From NCBI RefSeq assembly GCF_018977255.1, contig NW_024704743.1, positions 113,400,001 to 113,464,000 of the forward strand: 64,000 bases of DNA, read 5' to 3'. Numbering within the stretch: position 1 is the first letter of the stretch; every line of letters begins with the position of its first letter. The DNA is from Callorhinchus milii. Taxonomy: Eukaryota. A program made the translations under genes and the position numbers. Under the pieces are notes generated by a model that saw only the letters and a list, made by a program, of their open reading frames with translations, did not search any database and was not told where the DNA came from. Below are positions 61,301 to 64,000 of this stretch, in pieces.

Positions 61301-62287
61301 CAAAAAAATAATAATTTGGTCACTCAATCCGCAACTGTTTATGAGATATTGCTGTGCGCAATTGGTTACTGGGTTTTGTCCACAAAATTCACTTAAAAAA
61401 AAGTGAATTCACTTCACGATATATTCTGTGAAGCACTTTGCGACATCTCAACGGCATGTTGAGGCACTATATCAAATGCAAGGATTATATAAAATGCACA
61501 GATTATTAATATGTTTTGTGACTGTTGTGGATTTTAGGAAATGGCAGGTTAACAATTTAACAAAGAATGTATGTGTTGCTATGGTTTATGATTCACTGTG
61601 AACTGGGGTTTACTGAGGTTTTAATGGTATTGTTTTGTTTGTGTCCTTTAGATTTGAAATCTCTGGAATCTACGTGGTAATGTTTGCAGAGATCCTGAAC
61701 ACTATGTTTCATATTATCATTCTATTCTTCTTCCTTATCCTGGCATATGGACTGACCTTTTACATTCTTTTGTATGAGCAGGTAAATACCCCAAATCTGT
61801 TAGATCACTGAGCTGATCAATGGTTAACTCCAAATCAAATGTAGAAATAGTTGATAGTGGTATACAGAAGAAAAAATTATCATAGAAATTTAAGAAATTC
61901 TGTGAAGCGCTTTGAGACATCCCAACGACATGATAAAGCGCTATATCAAATGTAAGGATTATTACAAGGAAGAATTTAGTGCCTTCAGAAGAGCAGAAGG
62001 CGAGAGGATTGACCAGATCAAGATTTTGGTTTGGCAGATAGATGTCTGGCTTATGGCAGATAAAGATGATTGACAGGATATCTTAATTCAGTTTCTGTTT
62101 TCAGATCGCATATGAATCACTTCCGCTTTCTCTGATGAAGACATTAGCAATGATGTTAGGGGATATCAACTACCAGGAAACTTTTTTCATCCCATTTAAG
62201 GAAGGAAGGTTGCAATTCCCTCTTCTGACCTTTATAATTCTACTTATATTTATGTTGATCATACCAATCCTTCTTATGAATTTACTG
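25283..62287 (+). CDS. TRPA1: Transient receptor potential ankyrin 1 channel; spliced CDS of 23 exons, 3'-incomplete (continues past window end)
   Basis: Joined exons give 955 stop-free codons with GT-AG junctions and consistent phases. Diagnostic motifs: [65 protein letters not shown]. Confidence 0.97.
25595..25757 (+). CDS. TRPA1: TRPA1 exon 2 (VIAAGDVK...[11 protein letters not shown]...DADFE)
   Basis: tctctcag| acceptor, G|GTAAGC donor, ankyrin TPLH motif; 163 nt. Confidence 0.93.
26616..26892 (+). mobile_element. SINE, long subfamily, headless
   Basis: ttgggcaagtttccttactccacacacc...caaatgcaaggattatt. Confidence 0.88.
29235..29410 (+). CDS. TRPA1: TRPA1 exon 3 ([15 protein letters not shown]...[16 protein letters not shown])
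   Basis: ttttcag| acceptor, GAG|GTAAGA donor; 176 nt; ankyrin repeats. Confidence 0.96.
30348..30455 (+). CDS. TRPA1: TRPA1 exon 4 ([36 protein letters not shown])
   Basis: ctctccag| acceptor, TTG|GTGTGT donor; 108 nt. Confidence 0.94.
31600..32220 (+). mobile_element. Degenerate L2 fragment with a minus-strand SINE 3' piece inserted (about 31660-31812)
   Basis: ctccactggctccc and ctctggaattc L2 motifs; SINE tail aataataataatcc at about 31663. Confidence 0.75.
32798..32906 (+). CDS. TRPA1: TRPA1 exon 5 ([36 protein letters not shown])
   Basis: atttag| acceptor, AAG|GTCAGT donor; 109 nt. Confidence 0.95.
33014..33159 (+). CDS. TRPA1: TRPA1 exon 6 (GMDMGYTSE...[11 protein letters not shown]...GAKLDFQQ)
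   Basis: cttccaag| acceptor, CAG|GTATGT donor; 146 nt. Confidence 0.95.
34101..34237 (+). CDS. TRPA1: TRPA1 exon 7 ([14 protein letters not shown]...KQTPLH)
   Basis: ttcacag| acceptor, AA|GTAAGA donor; 137 nt. Confidence 0.95.
34348..34396 (+). CDS. TRPA1: TRPA1 exon 8 ([16 protein letters not shown])
   Basis: cacacag| acceptor, CAG|GTAATG donor; 49 nt. Confidence 0.94.
35390..35925 (+). mobile_element. Degenerate L2 3' fragment
   Basis: [17 protein letters not shown]; tail gacatgaaaggcgcaatataaat. Confidence 0.8.
36565..37183 (+). repeat. About 90-bp direct repeat flanking exon 9 (36565-36655 and 37093-37183)
   Basis: aaaataaatatttgact...caaagatataatgatagtaaa.atgaacacaagaa.atgtg.aggaagctg.agctt present twice. 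Confidence 0.9.
36715..36814 (+). CDS. TRPA1: TRPA1 exon 9 ([33 protein letters not shown])
   Basis: ctaacag| acceptor, G|GTCAAG donor; 100 nt. Confidence 0.95.
38751..38851 (+). CDS. TRPA1: TRPA1 exon 10 ([34 protein letters not shown])
   Basis: ttctgtag| acceptor, TCG|GTAAGA donor; 101 nt. Confidence 0.95.
39056..39890 (-). mobile_element. CR1 LINE 3' fragment in TRPA1 intron 10
   Basis: ORF 39323-39667 ([28 protein letters not shown]); acataagaacataagaa tail at about 39056-39072. Confidence 0.9.
39915..40232 (-). mobile_element. SINE, long subfamily, antisense in intron 10
   Basis: Reverse complement of the family body and tail. Confidence 0.88.
40773..40942 (+). CDS. TRPA1: TRPA1 exon 11 ([26 protein letters not shown]...KTPLHFAA)
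   Basis: ctttcag| acceptor, GG|GTAGGG donor; 170 nt. Confidence 0.96.
43612..43776 (+). CDS. TRPA1: TRPA1 exon 12 ([12 protein letters not shown]...[19 protein letters not shown]...KGSLLL)
   Basis: caacag| acceptor, TG|GTAATG donor; 165 nt. Confidence 0.95.
45680..50385 (+). mobile_element. Older L2 LINE (endonuclease remnant plus RT), interrupted by the antisense L2; pieces about 45680-46890 and 48883-50385
   Basis: LILGDF and AISDHH endonuclease remnants; [24 protein letters not shown] rejoins across the insert; degenerate RT in ORF 49016-49972; (TTG)n tail at 50363-50383. Confidence 0.92.
46891..48882 (-). mobile_element. L2-clade LINE, 5'-truncated, young; near-intact RT portion
   Basis: [60 protein letters not shown]; single -1 frameshift at the G-run 47206-47209; (TTG)n tail read as (AAC)n at 46891-46916. 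Confidence 0.96.
50580..50694 (+). CDS. TRPA1: TRPA1 exon 13 ([38 protein letters not shown])
   Basis: ttttaag| acceptor, GGG|GTAAGT donor; 115 nt. Confidence 0.95.
50757..51065 (+). mobile_element. tRNA-headed SINE, full length, short subfamily
   Basis: Colinear with 24000-24318. Confidence 0.93.
51746..51912 (+). CDS. TRPA1: TRPA1 exon 14 ([12 protein letters not shown]...[23 protein letters not shown])
   Basis: gctaag| acceptor, AG|GTATGA donor; 167 nt. Confidence 0.95.
53475..53565 (+). CDS. TRPA1: TRPA1 exon 15 ([30 protein letters not shown])
   Basis: catttag| acceptor, AAA|GTAAGC donor; 91 nt; CP..EMIE.LPE motif containing the C621 equivalent. Confidence 0.94.
53813..53984 (-). mobile_element. 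SINE 3' half, antisense, in intron 15
   Basis: Reverse complement of about 54213-54385. Confidence 0.9.
54076..54385 (+). mobile_element. tRNA-headed SINE, near full length, short subfamily
   Basis: Perfect B box GGTTCGATTCC; colinear with 24000-24318. Confidence 0.93.
54428..54487 (+). CDS. TRPA1: TRPA1 exon 16 ([20 protein letters not shown])
   Basis: tttcaag| acceptor, TCA|GTAGGT donor; 60 nt; C641 equivalent. Confidence 0.93.
54566..54664 (+). CDS. TRPA1: TRPA1 exon 17 ([16 protein letters not shown]...TYKPLTTLN)
   Basis: tatacag| acceptor, AAT|GTAAGT donor; 99 nt; C665 equivalent. Confidence 0.96.
55245..55725 (-). repeat. Unclassified interspersed repeat (about 450-480 bp); strand is relative to the 57010 copy
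   Basis: Reverse complement aligns with 57010-57455; partial copy at about 14465-14730. Confidence 0.85.
56612..56682 (+). CDS. TRPA1: TRPA1 exon 18 ([23 protein letters not shown])
   Basis: tttttcag| acceptor, TG|GTATGT donor; 71 nt. Confidence 0.96.
57010..57455 (+). repeat. Unclassified interspersed repeat, inverted relative to 55245-55725
   Basis: taaga.tatccaaaccaagctga.a.ttccatgcatccca...catcctgcttacctaat...ttggcaggagccaaggct shared. Confidence 0.85.
57534..57630. mobile_element. Second copy of the same MITE
   Basis: Shares tgtctaataagtct.aaaaaa...gatttttttagataata and gactttttggtcaccctg|TA; left TIR degenerate. Confidence 0.72.
57759..57927 (+). CDS. TRPA1: TRPA1 exon 19 ([23 protein letters not shown]...QTEIE); S1 and S1-S2 loop
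   Basis: ttattag| acceptor, GAG|GTCTGT donor (non-optimal but in phase); 169 nt; N-V-T glycosylation sequon in the loop. Confidence 0.9.
58846..58935 (+). CDS. TRPA1: TRPA1 exon 20 ([30 protein letters not shown]); S2
   Basis: ttccacag| acceptor, CAG|GTAAAA donor; 90 nt; CKE..Q.FQQ motif. Confidence 0.95.
58951..59224 (+). mobile_element. SINE, long subfamily, headless, just downstream of exon 20
   Basis: ggcagggcgaaacattgggcaagtttcc...caaatgcaaggattatta. Confidence 0.88.
59748..59917 (+). CDS. TRPA1: TRPA1 exon 21 ([17 protein letters not shown]...QWQCG...WVNFLLFLQ); S3-S4
   Basis: ttattaag| acceptor, AG|GTATTG donor; 170 nt. Confidence 0.95.
60640..61050 (-). mobile_element. CR1 3'-end fragment in intron 21
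   Basis: aatcatagaa tail and reverse-complemented CR1 3' UTR and ORF2 C-terminus. Confidence 0.85.
61104..61489 (+). mobile_element. tRNA-headed SINE, full length, long subfamily
   Basis: Same head and tail plus the internal cctctgcttacctagcagt...gttgttagt segment. Confidence 0.9.
61652..61781 (+). CDS. TRPA1: TRPA1 exon 22 ([20 protein letters not shown]...[14 protein letters not shown]); S4-S5 linker and S5
   Basis: cctttag| acceptor, CAG|GTAAAT donor; 130 nt. Confidence 0.96.
62105..62287 (+). CDS. TRPA1: TRPA1 exon 23 ([25 protein letters not shown]...IPILLMNLL); pore and S6
   Basis: ttttcag| acceptor, CTG|GTAAGT donor; 183 nt; selectivity filter LGD. Confidence 0.96.
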
Positions 62288-63211
62288 GTAAGTCAGCTTC
62301 AGAGAATTCTCAATACTTTTTCCAAAGCTCTGTGTTCTATTGTTTTTCATTTATATTGTCTATCTCCTGATGGCTCGGAGACGGAATAATAATACTATAA
62401 TCCTTGCATTGGATATAAACATCTATAACATCAAAATGTCTCATAGCGCTTTACAAGTGATTGCTGTTGAGAGTAGTGACTGTACATGTAGACAGATTTA
62501 GTAGTCAAGATGCACACAGCCATATTCCCCAAACAGCTGCAAATTGAATCTTCAATTTTTCTGGAAGATTAATGTCTGGGCACCCAGGAGAAATTCCCTT
62601 TGATTGATGAAATGGGGTCTTTAACGTCCACCTGAAGAGGTAGGCGGGACCTCGGTTTAACGTCTCATAACATAACCATGGCAGCATCCCCCAGGACCGC
62701 ACTGGCGTATCAGCCTAGACTAGCCAATGAGTTCAGACTTCAGACATGGGGCTTGAACCCACATCCTTCTGCATCAGAAGCAAGAGTGATATCAAGTGGG
62801 TCAAGTTCATACCAAAATGCACCAGCCACTAGGGACCAAGTGGTCTCCTACTTTGATGCAAACTTTCTCTGATGTTACATGGCGTGCAACTGAATCATAT
62901 AGGACCAGGAAGCTCTCAACCAGAGAGAAGAAGCAATACAAAATCCCCAGGGCTGGAGGGAGACAATCTTTACCAGGGTACTTATTTCCAGATCATTGTG
63001 TGGTAGCATTGTGTGTGGCAGGATTGTGTGCTGCTGTTGTGATCAGCTTTCTAATGTTTAATAGTTTAATGTTCAGACTTATATATGAAGATTAAGATTG
63101 ACTTCTCGATTGAGCACCTGTGTAATCACGCCAACTCTTGTATTCAGAACAAAGAAAATTAGGTATAAAGTAGGCTGCAAAACACGACAGAACGTAATAA
63201 TTACTACTAGT

Positions 63212-63523
63212 GGAGTCCTGTAGCTCAGTGGTTGGAGCACTTGCCTTGCAAGCAAGAGATCTGGGTTCAGTTCCAGGCAGGGCAAAACCTTGGGCAAGTT
63301 TCCTTATTTCACACGCCTAATAATAATTCCTCCAAAACAAAACAATAATAAATTGGTCATTTTCAATCCACGGCTGTTTGTGGACACTGCTGTGCACAAT
63401 TGACTGCTGAGTTTCGCCCACAAATATACGGTCAATTCACTTTACAGTTTATTCTGTGAAGCGCTTTGAAACATTGAGAAGACGTGAAAAGCACTGTATC
63501 AAATGCAAGGATTATTATTATTA
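63212..63523 (+). mobile_element. tRNA-headed SINE, full length, short subfamily
   Basis: Colinear with 24000-24318; another copy starts at about 63815 and runs off the window end. Confidence 0.93.
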
Positions 63524-64000
63524 CTGATGATAATCATCATATCACCAGTAATTCCAGTCAAATCACTCAAAGATTATCATTGAAATCTTCCTTATCAACT
63601 GTTTGGGGTCCCCATAATGCAGAATGCAGCTTTTGAGTTTAATTCGGATTGTTCTATGTTGGGGTCCGTCACGTGCCAATTGCTAACATAATGTGTATAT
63701 AACAGGAAACCCTTTTGCACATGCAAGATAATAGATCGTTAGTGTTAAAGATTGTCTGGGAAGCATCATATTTTAAAATGGTGACTATTCAGGGTTGGCT
63801 GGCTGCACTTCATTTTGATTCCTGGCAGGCGAAACCTTGGGCAAGTTTCCTTACTCCACATGCCTGATAATAATCCCTCAAGAAAAAAATAATAAAATTG
63901 GTCACTTTAATCCACGACTATTTGTGGGACACTGCTGTGCGCAATTAGCTGCCGCGTTTCGCCCACAAATCTAGAGTCAATTCACTTTACAGTATATTCT

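Noticed and set aside
5348..63523. Recurrent caaatgcaaggattattatt motif as a CRISPR-like or regulatory repeat
   Set aside because: Irregularly spaced SINE 3' tails on both strands in a eukaryotic locus; no repeat-spacer array.
62288..64000. TRPA1 exon 24 (IGLAVGDIAEV-like)
   Set aside because: I found no matching peptide; it probably lies beyond the window, so this is not evidence of truncation.

Overview
Vertebrate genomic DNA, probably from a cartilaginous fish (shark, ray or chimaera). That assignment is inferred only from the repeat content: HER1-like CR1 tails, SacSINE1/DeuSINE-like SINEs and shark-type Penelope remnants. The one host gene is TRPA1 on the + strand. I traced 23 GT-AG coding exons from 25283 to 62287, all phase-compatible and stop-free (2865 nt, 955 codons). 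They cover the ankyrin repeats, the cysteine-rich linker, S1-S5, the pore and most of S6; the C-terminal exons lie beyond the window. Much of the rest is transposon-derived: a young 5'-truncated CR1 (857-3118) inserted in an older CR1, a young L2 inserted antisense into an older L2 in intron 12, about 25 copies or fragments of a tRNA-headed, L2-tailed SINE, Penelope-like remnants (one with a minimal hammerhead motif), a Tc1/mariner-type MITE and an unclassified repeat. I did not find a convincing wholly new biological system. The best leads are the hammerhead motif, the ligand-site substitutions in this TRPA1, a near-perfect 160-bp palindrome and several intronic inverted repeats. Human TRPA1 residue numbers come from by-eye alignment to the recalled human sequence and need confirming.
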